From: the human T2T-CHM13v2.0 reference genome, Homo sapiens
NCBI RefSeq assembly: GCF_009914755.1
Contig: NC_060933.1
Strand: one strand, 5' to 3'
Length of the DNA: 64,000 nucleotides
Shown here piece by piece: positions 25,245 to 43,790 of the stretch (position 1 is its first letter; every line of letters starts with the position of its first letter). Position numbers and translations under genes: made by a program. The notes beneath the pieces were generated by a model. It worked only from the letters and a program-made list of their open reading frames with translations, did no database searches and had not been told where the DNA came from.

Positions 25245-27399
25245 TAGTAGTATGTATATCTAAAAGAGAAATTTGCTTAGAAATGGATTTTAGACACTTA
25301 GTACTCTCTGAGCATTGTGGGCCCGAATACCTGTAAGCAATGACATTTGCCTCTCTTTCTTGTCCCTTAAGAGTAAATGAGAGAATTCTTGCCTCATTAA
25401 TCCATTGTACACCTTTTAATACTGGCTGACTGATAAAATTCTGGTTCTGTATACTTTGACTTTGAAACAAAGAGGCCCTCTGAAGTGAAATGAGAGCTGT
25501 TTAAGAGGTGAAAGGAGGCAAAAGCCCTTTTATAGAAGGCATTAGTATGGACATCATCATTCCCAGGAAGGGACTGATTCAGAGACACTATGACACAGCC
25601 TTCAGTCATGGGCTGGTGGCAGAGTGCTTCATTTGTGTTTTCTGCATGGGCTTAAATCAGTGATTCAGAAGCTAATCTAAGAAAACTGCTTGAGTTTTCC
25701 TAGCTATTTTCAAGCATTTTTGGTCTCACCCAGAAGTAGTAAACAGGAAGTCAGGAGATGGGTGTTCTAGCTCTAGTTCTTCTAGTTACTAATTTCTAAC
25801 ATGGGGCAAGTCTGTGAATTCATTCATTTGTTTACTTATTAAGAATTTCTTGAGGAAATATAGTGTGTGATAAATATTCTGCTGGCTTGAAGAGACATAC
25901 AATCATGCATCTTGGTAATATCTCACAATAAATGTTCAAAACAGATTCATTGAAAGAAACTTTTGGACAATAGTTTTTCCATCTATAAATTAGAGGACTT
26001 GACTAATTTCTGTTTCCTGCCTCTAAAATTGAGTCTGGACAGCCTGTGTTAAACAGTGCTTTTGCTCTTTTCAAGTTAATGCAGAATAGTGACCTTTAAT
26101 GTGTGTTGGCTACAGAAAGAAAAGTAGTTCTTTCATGTCCTGTGGTCTCTTCCATTTTATGGTGCTTTCTGCAATGCGAGGGCAGTTTGATGACCTGGGA
26201 CTACTTTTCCAAACAGAATTGAATTGGACTACGTCAGGTTTTTGTGCCATCAATCACAGGCCTTCTGCAATCCCAAACCTCATTACCTACTGAATTATGA
26301 ACCAACATGCTCCAGACAAGAGGCAGGGTAGTGGATGTGTGGCCCAAACAATCATTCTTTCCTAATAGCACCATCATTTTAATTTAGGCTGAAAAATATT
26401 AGCATTTATTGATCACTTATTGCAAGCCAGGCACTGTGATGGACAATTTCCCAAGGATTAACCCATTGACGGCATACTTTATAGGTGGGAAGAATTATAG
26501 GGGCTCAAAGAGGTGAGGTATCTTGGTCAAATTTGCCCCACTAATCCTACTCTTTTCTCTAAATCCCATGTAGATTTTAAGAGGGAAGGCAGAGGACCCA
26601 GTCTGATTGTAAATTTGTAGAGGATATTAGGGTTGGTTTTGCTGCTGGACATTTTTATCAGTGGCTCAGCTGGATATGAAAGTCCTTCTAATAGCTGATC
26701 AGGTTATTTCCAGATGAGCCATCTAGAACTGTATGTATACAGAGGTCAGGAAAGCCACCAGCAGGCAGCAAAATGGCATTGTGCCTTGGAGAGAGAGAAA
26801 CAAAAGGAGTGGGGGGATTCTCTTAGGATCACGCATCTGTTTCTGGGAGGGAAGATGGGATACCACTGAGAAGTGGGAAGGAACCTCTGCGTCTGAGATA
26901 AAGGAACATGGGGACTGAGAGAATGAAATGAAAAAAAAGAAAGGATCTGTGGTTCCTCACAATTATAGCGAGGCCAGAGCTAGCAGGGACACTGGCTAGT
27001 TACTTCCCACTCAGGCACCTTGGCTGTAAGGACAGGTGCAGAGCAGGGTCCTGTTGAAACCCAGATGCCGCCTTTCAGCTCGGCAATTCAAACAAGAGAC
27101 CAGCAAACCCAGGGATCCATTTCCAAAGACTGCCCAGATACATTAGCAGTGTGAATCCCACTGAAATCCATGGGTGGAACAATTATGTCTTTCTGCAGCA
27201 CTTTGAAAATGTGTCCCTTAAGTTGCACACTGCAGAGCAGCACAGTCCTCATTTCATGCTTTCCACACAAATGGACTTGCTCCCTTTGCCCAGTCCTGAG
27301 GGGAACCCTTTACCATTCAGCTACAGAACCTACTGGCAGTGGGAAAAGGCTGTTGAGTTCTGAAAGACGGTTACATCTTTTAGAAATCACCATGTATGA

Positions 27400-28283
27400 G
27401 TGGGGTGATTAAAAAATATCTCCAGCAATTCTTTGAAACTCTTTCCTAGTCTAGGTTGGACTCAGTGACTCACTTCTAAGGGATAGAATAAAACAGAAGT
27501 GATAGTGTGTGGCTTCCAAAACTGGGTTATAAAAGGGTTTCTCTTAGCTCTCTCTCACGTTACTTACTCTGGGGGAAGCCAGTGGCATGTGTGAAGATGC
27601 TGAAGCAGCCGTGTAGAGAGGTCCACATGGCAAGGAACTCCTGCATAAGTCATCTTGGAGGAGGATACTGCAGCTTGATCCAAACCCTCAGATGGTGCAG
27701 CCCCAACTGCCATCCTGGCTGTGACCTCAAGAGACAGCCCAGGCCAGAACCACTCAGACAAGCCACGCATACATTCCTGGCCCTCAGAAACTGTGAGATC
27801 ATCAATATTTGTTGTTTAAGCCTGATATAGTTTGAGTGCTTGTCTCCCCGAAATCTCATGTTGAAATGTAATCCCCAATGTTAGAGGTGAGGCTTGGTGG
27901 GAAGTGTCTGGGTCATGGGGTAGATCCTTCATGAATGACTTGGTGCCCTCCCCACGGTAATTAGGGAGCTCTTGCTCTGTCAGTGCACATGAGAGCTCTT
28001 TGTTTAAAAGAGCCTGGCATTTCTCTTGCTCCCTCTCTCGTTATGTGGTGTGCCAGCTCCCCCTTTGCCTTCTGCCATAAGTGGAAGCTTCCTGAGGCCT
28101 TCACTAGGGGCAGATGCAGGCATTATGTTTCTCTTACAGACTGCAGAACCCTGAGACAAATAAACCTCTTTTCTTTATAAACTACCCAGATTCAGGTATT
28201 CCTTTATAGCAATGCAAGAATATACTAATACAAAGCCATTACTTTTGAGGTACTTTTTTTTTACGTAACAATAGCTAACATAA
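27400..28283 (+). mobile_element. MLT1-type LTR interrupted by an MST LTR (approximate outer ends)
   Basis: MLT1 motifs (agagaggtccacatggcaaggaact; cagaaactgtgagat...tgttgtttaagcc) resume after 28237. Confidence 0.7.
27823..28232 (+). mobile_element. MST (MSTA/B) solo LTR
   Basis: TG...CA termini (tgatatagtttg...ctaataca) with a 5-bp TSD aagcc at 27818-27822 and 28233-28237. Confidence 0.88.
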
Positions 28284-29029
28284 TAATGTATTAATATTAT
28301 CATTATTATCTTCTTGCTTCTTTAAGGCTTCGAAATGTGTCTTCTTCCCTTTATTCTAAACTGGTGGATGCATCATAGTTTCATAACCTCTAGTCCCCAC
28401 CCCCTTGCCACCCTGAGTCCTCTGCTTGGCATTCCTTCCCTGGGCTCTAATCAGTTCTGGTTTCTGTTCCATTGGGGTGACTAACATCCTCCACTCACTC
28501 TCCTCACACCTTTGACCCGAATACCATCCCTTCTCCATGTGGCAGGTGATCCAATTCCTGCTCCTACACGCTTGCCAGTTGGGTGACCCTAAGCAAGTTA
28601 TTTATCCTCTGTGTCTCATTGTCTCCATATGTACATAGAGAATAATAATAATCATCCCATTGAAGTATTATAAGGCTTAACTGAGATAGAAAACTCATAG
28701 AACAATGAAAATATGATCTCAAGTAAATAAGAGCTGTTATTAATATAGAGAAGCAGTATTGGTCTCTATACTGCAAAGGATAATGGCTAAGAATATGGTC
28801 TAGGGAGCTAGGTGGCCTAGGTTTAAATCCCAGAAACATCCATCACCAGTTATAGAACATTGGGAAGATGATAGTAATGCTAAAAATGATGACTTCTGAA
28901 TGCCACTGTGAGAATTAAATGAGTTTATCTATGTAAAAGTGCTTAGAAGGGTGCTGACAGTGAGCTCTACAGAAATGTGAATATTATTTTAGTTGTTGTT
29001 GGGGCTATTATTATTATTTCAGTGATAAA

Positions 29030-29930
29030 TGATAAACCTCCAGGTTAAAACTCCTTCAACATCCTGACACCAATCTTCCACATGTATACTCTCTCCCATT
29101 CTCCTTCAGTGACAAGTGTACCCACAGTTGATCTTTCCTCCTTAGCTCTGGGCCCCATCACCTCATGGCCCTTCTAGGAGTTATTCATCACTTATCACCT
29201 CTCTGTCCCATGTCCCTTTCTGCTATCAGCACATAAACAAACTCCAGTCTCCCCCCATCTTAAAGGAAAAATTCCCTCACACTGTGGCTCCCTTTGGCTA
29301 CCTGGATCTCTCCCCCTCACAACCAAAACCTCTAAGAGGTCTCTGCCAACTCTGCTTCTCCACTTCTTCCTCCTGAACCCATTGAAAAGTGCTGCCTTGT
29401 CACCATTCTTCTGAAACAGCTTTGACCAGTAATGCCAGTGATATCCATCTTGATGAAATGGATGGGCACTTCCAGGTCTCTGCCTTCCTTAGCCTCTTGA
29501 TAGAACTTGGCATTGCACTTCACACTCTTCTTCAGAAGCACACTCTTCTTTTGGCTTGCATGACTCCCTCTGACTTTGCTTCTACCTCTCAGACATTGCT
29601 TTGGTCTCCTTTGCAGGCTGCTTGTCCTCTGCTCATCCATTAAAAGCTGGAGACCATGAGGATCCCGGGGTAAGCCATCCTTTTCCTCATCTGAATACTC
29701 TCCCATCCACCATAATGACTTTAATTGCCATCTGTATGAGATGCCTTCCAAATCTAAGCGTGTAGCCAGATCGTGCTTCTGAACTTCTATCTCACATACT
29801 CACTGGCCTGCCAGATATTTTCATATAGGTAGATATCTCAAAGGAAAGTCAAAATCAACATGCCCAGATCCAAACTCATCACTGTTCTCACTAGAACCGC
29901 ATTTCCCACGTAAGTGAATGTGACTAAGGC
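29030..29930 (+). mobile_element. L2 fragment (approximate ends)
   Basis: L2 ORF2-derived motifs such as caccattcttctgaaacagc and tcaacatgcccagatccaaactc. Confidence 0.6.
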
Positions 29931-31174
29931 AGTTAGCTCCAAAGCTGAGTGTGGTCCAGGCTCAGCAAGCATTGGCTCTGTCTGGTATAATTATAACAGA
30001 TTTGGGCGGGTGTCCTTGTCTCCGACCTTTTCCTCACACATCTCCCCAGATACATCTTATCTAATCTAATCGTAAAAATCCAATCAACTCCATGCCAGGG
30101 CCACTCCTGGGAAGTTTTCTGAGCTTATAATATGAAGTCATATTTGGCTTGCCTCAGAAATAAGTAACAAATGTACTGACTTGGTAACTACATTAAATTA
30201 GCAATCAATTGTGTTATTGAACTTGATGTTTCCTGGCTTGAAACATAAAGATGGCATCAAAAGAGCACTTTCCAATTAAACATAAGAACGCTTACAGGCT
30301 ATAAAACTTAGAGAAATAAATCTATAGTTTAGGGAAAATAGAAGACATCATTGAATGTGAAGATAATTTAATAACCACACAAGATGATGTGTTGTAAATC
30401 TACCCAAACACAATTTCCATCCTCAAGTTAAAATGGAAAGTGCTTTGTCTTTTGATTATGTCTGGGTTTTTAAATTGTTATGTGTCTTGTTAATCTAGAT
30501 TTCAGAGAAGACAAACAATCAAGGCTTCAGAAACTCTTCATTTACCTGACACAAATCTGGTCAGATTGTTTTCTAAAGTAGGAAATCTAAATTCAAACTG
30601 TGTCATATGAAAATTATATTTCACTGGAAGTTCCTTCTTGACTTTATACTGGTGATACTTTCAGAATCCTCTATCCAGGTCAAGATTCTCTAGGGACAAA
30701 GAAAGGGGCTCCGGTCATGCATCGAGTCTGTCTCTGAGTTCGGTTTACAGTCACAGATATGTGCCAATATCTCAACCAACAATAAAGATACTCTATCACT
30801 GAATATTTTCTAACATCTTACTTGACATACATATATTTAAGGAAATGGGCATTAGAGACAGTTGGATCTTGGTTTTGATCCTGTTTACTCAACTGTAAAG
30901 GGGGTGTAATACATACCTTGTAAAGCTAATATATGCAGTCGCAGAGCATAGTCAAATAAAAGCTCAATAAATTATAATTACTATTATTGTGGTTATGCTC
31001 ATAGAAGTTGTATGAAGACAGGCAGAACAAGTGTTTTTATAGAGATGAAGAAACCAAATCTTACAGAGTTTAAGTGGCATGTCAATATGTCATGTTCATA
31101 CAAACTATGACATTAAGGGTTAACAAGAAATAAACAATTCAGTCCTCATTTTGGGGAGTTTTTAATTAAGTTGG

Positions 31175-31478
31175 TACAATGGACTGAATGTTTATGTCCC
31201 TTCTTCACCCAAATTTATATGTTGAAATTCAAATTTCCAAGGCGATAATGAGGAGAGGGGACCTTTGGAGGTGATCAGGTCATGAGGGCGGGGCCCTATG
31301 AATGGGATTAGGGCCTCACAAAAGGGACCCCAGAGAGATCCCTATCTCTTTCTACCATGTGAAGACACAGCAGGAAGGGGCTGTCCAGCCTCCTGAATTG
31401 TGGAAAAATAAATTTCTATTGTTTATAAGCCCCCTGGTCTGTGGCATTTTGTTATAGAAACCTGAAAAGACTAAGACA
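31175..31478 (+). mobile_element. MLT1A-type solo LTR (internally deleted)
   Basis: atggactgaatgtttatgtccc...ggtcatgagggcggggcc...ctaagaca. Flanks gttgg / gctgg form an imperfect TSD. Confidence 0.8.
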
Positions 31479-34434
31479 GCTGGGGAGGAAGAAGACAGCT
31501 GTGGTAACATTACAATCAGGGATATGATGTTAAGGGTGAAGTTAGTCAGGAAAGATGTCCTGGTGGAAGTGAGCCTTGAGCTAAATTTGATGAAGTGTAG
31601 GATTATGGATAGTAATAGAGGAGAGGGATGGTGGAAATAATATGGAGAAACCACAGAGGTGGAGCCAACCTCAATAACTGAAACAGTGTATGTTTTCAGG
31701 CCTAAGTGGCAGGGGATAAAATGATTACCATCTCAGTATTCATAGCCTTATTCCTCACCAAAATCTGTTGTTCGATCTATTAATTGAGAAAAAAAGGGCT
31801 TGGTTAAACAGAGTGGACAATATTTAAATTTAAAACATCAAGATTAGTGCTGTCCCTCAGATGGGTAGATCACACATCTTTCAAAAGCTTTAGAGAAAGG
31901 CCTGTTTCCATCCCACACTGTTTTACCTCCACACCCAACAGGCCGCTCCCTCACCTTCCACCTTCCACCTTGAGTTGCTATCTAAGAAAACAGTTTTACA
32001 GCCAGATGCTTGGTTAAAAAATGTCCCCACTGTAGTCACAATCATGTGATGCAGCTTGGGGGTAGGATTAGAGATGAAGTTGTGAAGTAGGTAAGATTTA
32101 TCATTATCTGTTCCATAATACTTATTTTCCCTGTAGCTTGAATCTCATCATGCCCAATCCATCTTCATCAATATTTACTGAGCACCTACTAAGTGTGAGG
32201 CTCTAAGTTGGGTTCTGAGAATCCAAAGACAAATGCTCTACACTTAAGTAACGTGAAGCCCAGCTATGAGATGAGACCTGAAGGGAGGTGAGTGTTTCAG
32301 AAGATCTAGAAGCACACTAAAGGACAAGTAAGTTTTCTTCTTTATTTTTAGGACTAGTATTTGCCTCGCTAGTGCCATCCTAAAGGGGTTAAGATGAATA
32401 GCAATTGCTGCACTCACTACTTCTATCAATAAATAAAATAATTCTAGTAGTACTTGAATGTTCAGTTTCTAAAAGTGAAGCTTCTCATCTGAGAGCCAGC
32501 CCCACAAAAATAACATAATTTATATTTTCCATCAGTTTGGAAATAAATTTACTGCAATAAAATATCAGGCATAAGAAATGGAGCCTTTCTTTTATCCTTG
32601 GATTTATTTCCAATACATTTCCCAGATTTCCCTTGACATTTATTTTGTACCTCTTCAATATTATTCTGGAGTATAAACAGACTTGACCAAAGATGCAGCT
32701 ATTCTATTTTTTCAAATGATGGCATTTTGATAGAATTCTGAAGTGGTAAAGATTTTTAATAATACATTGTTTTGTTTTTCTCTGCTACCTGATGTCTAAT
32801 GCTAAAAGGTTTATTTTTTGATGTTTATTACATGTGATTTTTATCATATAAAATGGAAGAAAAAGGACAGATGGCAGTACATTAAGCTAGCTGAGAAAAG
32901 AGTTGCGACTGTGTAAGAAGCTTACCAGATAATATTTTTAATTTGATAATTTTGAGGGGAATCTTCACTAATGACCACCATCATTTTATTCAAACACCTC
33001 TTTTAATGGCAACCTAACATCATAGTACCTTTTAGCTATCATATTGGAATAGTGAACACATAGAAAAATTTATCTCAAACTATGTCATAAATCCTGTACA
33101 CCAAAAATAGTACTTTCATTCCAAATAATTTATAACTTGAAAAACTAACTCTATTATCACACAAGAGCCTGAGAAATCTTAGGTATATTCTAGTTCCCTA
33201 GTTTTAAGGGAAGAAGGTAACAGAGTGGTCAAAATTCAATAGATCCCTGTGAAAGATTTATGGAAAAAGTAAAATACAACTGTCTTTCCTGTGTTCTCTA
33301 TAACCTGCCACTTTTATTTCCTTTTTGCAATAGTCTCTCCCATGGTCCACCTGGTTCTTTGTGAGCTGTGGTTTGCCTTTACGAGACCCTCGGGAACAGG
33401 GATGATGGATGCACACATTTACTGAACATTTTTCTGCCCTCTGTGCTAGGATCAAGACTATGTTCAGTTGGGAAGGCAGACAATGTCAGTAAGTCCCATT
33501 GGAATGCATAAGTTTCTAGTTGCATACAACCAAGAAGAAGAATGGGAAGAAACAAAAGAAGAAAAAAAATGAGGAGTGAAGGGAGAAGTTGAAGTCAGAG
33601 AAAAAGTTGGAATGGGAGGTAGAAGAATCAGAAGTGATTCTCCCAATTCAACAGATAAGTAAATGTAATAGAATTACTGTCTTTCTGCAATCTTATAAAA
33701 TTTATGAGATGAACAAACAAAATAATACAAAGAGCCAGTAGGCCAGCATTCTCTGCAAATGCTTAGGCAACTAAGGAAATTATTTAGTTACTCTATCTTG
33801 CATAAATAAATAATCAACTGCCATTTATTCACAGTTCATCTGAATGAGGAAGTTCAAAGTAGTGTCCCCCTTCAAATTGAAAAATAATAGTTTGAGTTTA
33901 CAGGAGAGATCCTGAAGCTATGAACATTTCAAAATGACTTTTGAATCAACACATTTTAAAGAATTAATTTATGTATTAATATGCATTATTAAATGATTTT
34001 GGTGCGGAAATGATTTTGGTGCTGAAAGCATTTTGGCATATTCTAATTCTTTAAGACACATATTTGTTCTAGTGCAAAATCAACATACAATTAAAAGCCA
34101 ATTTGGAATCTAAGTATTACCCCAAATATATTACATGAAAGACTAGCCTCAGATACTTTGAAGAAATCAGTAACACTTACTTTTCCAGTCAGGTCTGCCT
34201 ATATAACACTTAGGAAATTGTTGCTGAGATATTCAATTTGTACGTAATATGAAACAGCCAATAAGTTTTAATTAAGAGAATATTAACAGTAACAAAACTG
34301 ACATCTCATTCCTTATCCTATGTATCCTGGATAAATTAGCATTTATACATGGAATCTGATATCATTGATGTGGACACTTGTTATCACTTAAAACAAAGGT
34401 TCTAATGGATTTAAAGTGTTTTTTTTATTAAGGA

Positions 34435-34561
34435 AAATAAATCATTATATAAAAAAGACACCTGCACTTATATATTTATTGCAGCACAATCAACAATGGC
34501 AAAAATATGGAATCAAACTAAGTGTCCATCAATGGAGGATTGGATATATATATCTATATCC

Positions 34562-34601
<40 letters not shown>

Positions 34602-35015
34602 CCCACCATATATATGTATATATAGATATATCCCACCATATACATATATATCTCCCACCATATATATATATATATGGTGGGATACTGGCCAGTCATAACA
34701 GAGTGAAATCATGTCTTTTGCAGCAACATGGATGGAACTGGAGGCCATTTTCCTAAGTAAAATAACTCAGAAACAAAGTCAAATACTGCATGTTCTCACT
34801 TGTAAGTGGGGGCAAAGTACTAGGCACACATGGACATACAGAGTAGAATATGGACATTGGACACTACAAAAGTGGGAGGGGTGAGGGCTGAAAAATCACC
34901 TGTTGGGTACGATGTTCACTATTCAGGTGATGGGTACACTAAAAGCCTAGATTTAATCAGTATGCAATATACATACATAAGACATCTGCATCTGTACTCC
35001 ATAAAGATATTTTTT
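34435..35015 (+). mobile_element. L1PB/L1MA 3' end with an internal (TA)n / cccacca expansion at about 34545-34675
   Basis: aaagacacctgcact...gcagcaacatggatggaactggaggccatt...catgttctcacttgtaagtggg. Confidence 0.85.
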
Positions 35016-35915
35016 AAGGCCAACAGAGTTTGTTTACTGCTTGTGTTTCATGACATTTAGTTTTTTTGAAACATACATTTTATTTAAAACTGAGATGAAA
35101 GTGTCTGCCACTCAAATGCATCACAGTCTGTCCCATTTAGGTAAATTTCCAGGAGAAATGCAAGCTCCTGGGGAAAATATCTCTGCTCAGGGTCAAATGG
35201 ATCCTACCTCCTTTTTTAAATGCCTGCATTGCCATTGGTAACTCATACTACACATTTTAAGATTTGCAAAGGGCAGGACAGTGAGCCCTATGATGACATT
35301 TATTTTTTAATTCAAAGTATTTTGCATTGCATTTTAAAAAATTGCATATATTGTGTTGGATTAAAATAAGATGGTTGCATTGTATTGCATAATAGAAGAA
35401 GTAGTTTAAGACCAATTAATTCTTAGCCACTTTTAAAAAAAATTTTTGTGGCTCAGATAGACCTCATGGTACTTTGAAATGAAAAGAATCTCTCTCTGCA
35501 ACTCTCAGGAGCTAGGTGAAAGATACTCAAATTATAAAGATGCTAGAGCCCTGGGGTGCGGAGAGTCCGTGTTTACTATATCTGTCAATGAGTTCATGTT
35601 GCCGTATATTAAGTGGTGTTAATTAATCTTAATATCACTATACCAAGAGTAATTGCAGGATTTGATGGGTGAAGAAAGACCACTGCTTGATTTAAGCAGA
35701 GAGGGGGTAGGTGGTAAGTCTTACTTTGGACCTTTCTTGATCATAAGAATTGACCTGGAGTTTGCCTAGAGATTTTAGAAAATAAATATTTTCCCAAGAT
35801 ACCATTCCTTAACATGTTTCATTTTAGTGAGTAGAGACCCAAAGAATACTATAATATGCACATTTTGAATACTAATTTTATTATGCTTTTCTGATATCCC
35901 CTCTAGGAGAAGTCA

Positions 35916-36101
<186 letters not shown>

Positions 36102-38099
36102 TTAAAGCAAATACCTTTTCATCATTCTAAAGAAAACTGTGGTAATGGTTTCTCCCGAGGTTAAATAAATTGAATATAAAATTTTGACACATTTCTATAC
36201 AAACTACTTGTATTTAGGAGAAAACATAAACTCATGGCTGTAATGCCAGATGCATTGGCCAGATTTGTATATGAATTCTAGCATTGCATTTCTTACTCCA
36301 ATTCATATGAAAAAACAAAAAGCATCCAATGTCTATAAAAAGAATAAATACAATTTTTTTAACTAGAAACTCTTTTTCTTATAAGCATAATAATTTGTTA
36401 GTATGATTAGGAGCCAATAGCTTGACTGTGTCATGTTAAAAGCACCATGTATAATGGTATGTTAAATCTACACCACAGTCTGTATATGAGTTAAATTCAT
36501 TCAAAGACATGAGCTATTTAGTTTGAGATTTTGTTAACCTTTATGAGAACCTACTCGTAAAGACAATGTTGGATTATTCTGTGGAAAATTTATGTTAAAA
36601 TATATAGACACACCTTTTAATCTTCATCATTCTAATTATTTTCCTCTTCTGTTAAAATGACCTTCCCCATCATAGTTAAGGGTGAGAAAATTCAGTTTAC
36701 AAGATGTTAGGCGGCATAACTCTTACCTTTTTAAAACCATTTAAAGAAGATGCAATTTCTAATTCTCTTAACCTCCCTCTCAAATGATCATTTTTATAGG
36801 AAGACGTATAAGATATATCCTCTACGAAAAGATGTTTCTGCTTATCAAAATTCCACCCACTTCTCCAGGAAAAATTTATACCTAGTGCCATTTCCTATAT
36901 GAATGTTGAGTTGGATTTGATTTCTTCTCCATTTGAACATATTGCAGTTTGTCAATTTTGAATAGCTCAGTATGTCACTTAACATGTTCTGCAGTGATTC
37001 ATAATTATATGTGAAGATGTCTCTTCTAACAGTAAAACTGTTTGAGAGGGAAGTTGGAGGGTCAGTGCCTTATTCATCTTCCTACACCTCAGGGGCTAGC
37101 CTAGAGGAAGGGCTCAGACACTGTGCACTAAACTAACTAAACACATGAAACACACCAGGCAATTTAATCATGGGAAAAGACATGTGTATTTAAGTAACTC
37201 AATACTGAAATATTCATAAGATGAAACAGAAAGAATCACTGTTTAAAAAGCAAATAACAAAACGGTGTAAATGGCCATTAATCATGTTGAGCTATTCAAC
37301 AGTGTTGGAAAGAATATCATTTTCACTTATTATCTTATCTATGAATCTTCTGAGTGAGAGAACTGGTAAAACAAACAAACAAACAAACAAAAACAGACCC
37401 GAACCAAAAAACAACAAAACAAAACTCCCCCAAAAAAGGCTGTGAATATTGATATTAAGTTGTTTCCAATTGTTTCCAATACAAAACTCCTTTCAGGGCC
37501 AGCCCTGGACAAGAAGTTTAACGTTATGGTATGCTCATCTGTCTGCACAATTCTATCAATACTTCTTACCTAACTTTAACATTTTATTGTTAAGAACCTC
37601 ACTTTGGGTATTGGATTGAACACTAAGCCTGGAGTGAGGCAGAGATGAACTCTTGGGTTTGTGGCATGTAGGCTATAAATTCTTCTTTTGATATTGAATG
37701 CATTTTATAAAAGAATAAAAATAATAAACAATATTCCAAGTTCTTAGAAATAGAGTATTGGTAAGACTTTCTTTTGAACCTGTAGAACCCTTTGAGTTGG
37801 TCTCTATGTGACAGGAATGCAATAGACAATAATCACAAGCCAATGAGGCCTGCTTAGTTGAGAGGGAAACATGGAGCCCAAAACCTGAACAGTCATTGAA
37901 AGAAAAATTGCTCTGTAGATATTTGATTACTACAGGATAAGGAGTAAAGAGCTAAGCAGGTCATTCTAAGATCATGTCAGTGTATGGGCTGAGTCAGAAT
38001 TTCACATAATAACATTGAACATGAGCAGTCTGCAGACTTCATCGCTGAAATATCTTTACGTAGCTGTGTGCAGAATGTTCACAAATTCTAGGTATTTAA

Positions 38100-38475
<376 letters not shown>

Positions 38476-39259
38476 GAGATAATGTGTTATTTAAAACTAA
38501 CTGGTCCAGAGTTATGTTTAGAATATTCCATTAATTATGAATGTATCCACATGTACAGACTTTGGGGCTTGTAATAAGTTTGCCTAACTTATTGCAACAT
38601 TACCTCTACATTTCCAATTGGCACCTCAGACTTCAGGCTGGGGGAGTATGCCAAAAACATTTACAGGCATCCATTCCATTATCTGGTGCACATTAAAAAT
38701 GTTCTGTAAATAAGCACTTAACTATAGGTGGGCCAGTAAGAACTGATTTGAGAATGCGTCTATATCACAATATAGATGGCAGGAAGCAAACATTCTTTGG
38801 AATTCAGAGTGAGATGTGTCTTCCATTGGCACAGTGAGGAGTTAATAAAATATTTTAAACAATAAACACGTAATGCCCTAGACTTTGCCTTTATGTCCCA
38901 GATGGAAACGTCATTTTGTAAAAATTAAAGCTATTTGGTACCAAACTTGAAATTGTGTAAAGGACAGAGGTAGGGCTTCCAATTTAAAGCAGAAGTCATT
39001 CCTTAAAGAATTATTGGCAACTTGAGCTATTTAAAAATATCCTGTGAAATTCCATTAGTCATGTTTATGAATTCTGTATAGTCAACTATTAAATATCCCA
39101 ACCCATTTCTTATGTGTAAGTAATTCTTCTTGGTTAAGAAATAACTTTACAGTTCTCATTTAGATAAAGGAGGGAGTGATAACCAGCAACTATGGACCCA
39201 TGGGTAGGGATGAAGTGGGGTGATATAGAAATAATTAATCTTAGCAGAAAATTACATCA

Positions 39260-39544
<285 letters not shown>

Positions 39545-40249
39545 TCAATTAGGGAGACAAGGCAGGACTGGCTGAGCCTGGTTATCTTTACTGATTGCAA
39601 TTATATGTGTAGTTATGTGACAAAAACGTCTCATATAAAATCAGATTTTTTTAAAAGGGGTGATCATTTGCTTTATCAAAAGAGCCTTCATTAGACAGAG
39701 TTCATATTTTTAAAGGCTTTCTTGAAATTATGATAATTCATTTTGAAATTATTAGATTTTCTAAAATGCTGTGCAAGCATGACTTTTCCCAGGCCGAGTT
39801 CTTTGCTCAAAGGAAATCATTTTTATATTTCACCACCCTTTACATGTGTACAACAGTTCAAATGTTTCTAATATTTTTCATATCTCTTTATATTAACTAG
39901 ATGCACATATTATTATTTGTGTGACCCTATTATTTTAAGAGGATTTGAAAGATTCTAGAATTCTACATAATGTAATGAGAGTTTTAAAATAACGTAATAG
40001 TGAATTACATTTATTTATAGCTATAACAACTGCATACCAAATGTAATGTTTCTGTATCTTTTGAAGAAGACAAGTAACAAAAGGCAGGACAACTATTCTT
40101 GAAGAATAGTTGAAAATTTGAGTGTATAGCAAATATCAAGGTGTTACCAGATGCAACTGGAAATAAAGTTATAATAAGTCTATATAAATGAAATACTATA
40201 AATACATGCAGTAATAATTATGTATATAACCATATATATAGATACTCAT

Positions 40250-42380
<2,131 letters not shown>

Positions 42381-43720
42381 AATATGCCTGCATGTAATCA
42401 TACAAACATATGCTTTTTGATTTATATAAGATTATCCAGGAGATGACAATTTATTGCCATGCTTTCGGGTCTGGAAAACCCCATTGTTTCAAAGCCTCAA
42501 AAATTGTTTCTCTATTCTTTCGTTAAAGTATATTTGAAATATATTTAGCTGAAACATGAGGCAAAAGCACGCAGAATATGAAAGCAGCTTAATAAAATAA
42601 ACCGCACCATCAAGAGATACCAAAGAGCTAAAGTTTCCTGAACATATATATGCCAGAAATCCAAAGTGTTGGCATCCAATACAGTTGTTTCTATATTGAT
42701 TTGATTTATCTAGCAAAAAATGATTCCAGAATACAGAGTAAATGTTGACAATTTTAGGTAAGTACATTATATCACTAGAATTTGACTAGAGTTTACAATA
42801 TGAAAAATGGCATCTTTTGTGCACCAACTCTCATGCAGAGGGCAAAAACTTTCAGATATCTATCAACAGAAATTTTCACCAATGTGTACTTTTGTGCCAC
42901 ACAAGGAGCATTCAGGCAGAAGAGGGGGTACTGGAGTATCAGAGGCAAACAGAGGAATTTCTTAAGTAAAAGTTTCTGTTAAAAATCTTCATTGAGAGTC
43001 TCTTTATAAGAGACATATTTATAATGAATGCTATAAAATAAAAGAATAAAGAAAAGAATAAATAAATAAAGGGGCAGAAGAACACTTTGGAGGTGTTGGG
43101 TAAGTTTATGGCCTTGATTGTGCTGATTTCCCAGGTATATTCTTATCTCCAAACTCATCAAGTTGCATATACTAATTATGTTCAGCTTGTTGCATGCCAA
43201 TCATACCTCAGTAAAGTGGTTTAAGATAAAGATGAAAGAATAACATTTTTTCTGTGCCTGTACACTGCTACTTGAGTAGTGTGGTTTAGCGACTTGAATA
43301 GTTAAAATTTGGGTGTTCTGCTGAATTGAATTTATTTCATTTTGACTAATTCCAGAACAGATTATTTAGTAAAATAAAGTAGAACTGGGACTTGCAAGGC
43401 TTCCAAACTATACAAACCAAGAATGCTTTAGTGTGAGACATGTTAAGAAATTGCTTTTCAAGTTACTGTTCTCTTATTTATCAACTTTAACGTATCACTT
43501 TAAAGAACCTCAATTTAATGTGGACTTATGTTCTCCTAAGGTGAGATATAAATTACACTTTTCTTAAACACAGAAAAGCATCTAAAGTATAAAAATACTC
43601 CTAAAATTATTTGCCCCTTGCAAGATTTCAGAGTAATTCCTAACATTTCTGAGTTGTTATGATTGTGGCTTTTGGAACCCCAAAATTCTCCATGTAGATC
43701 TGCACCTATACATTTCATCT

Positions 43721-43790
43721 AGCCACTGCGCCACTACACTCCAGCCTGGGCAACAAGAGGGAGACTCTGTCTCCAAAAAACAGAAAAGAA
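43721..43790 (+). mobile_element. Alu 3'-end fragment (part of a local duplication)
   Basis: gccactgcgccactacactccagcctgggcaacaagagggagactctgtctccaaaaaa. Confidence 0.85.

Noticed and set aside
29332-29751. Longest ORF in the track (139 aa)
   Set aside because: Lies in a decayed L2, has a non-ATG start and shows no recognisable domain.
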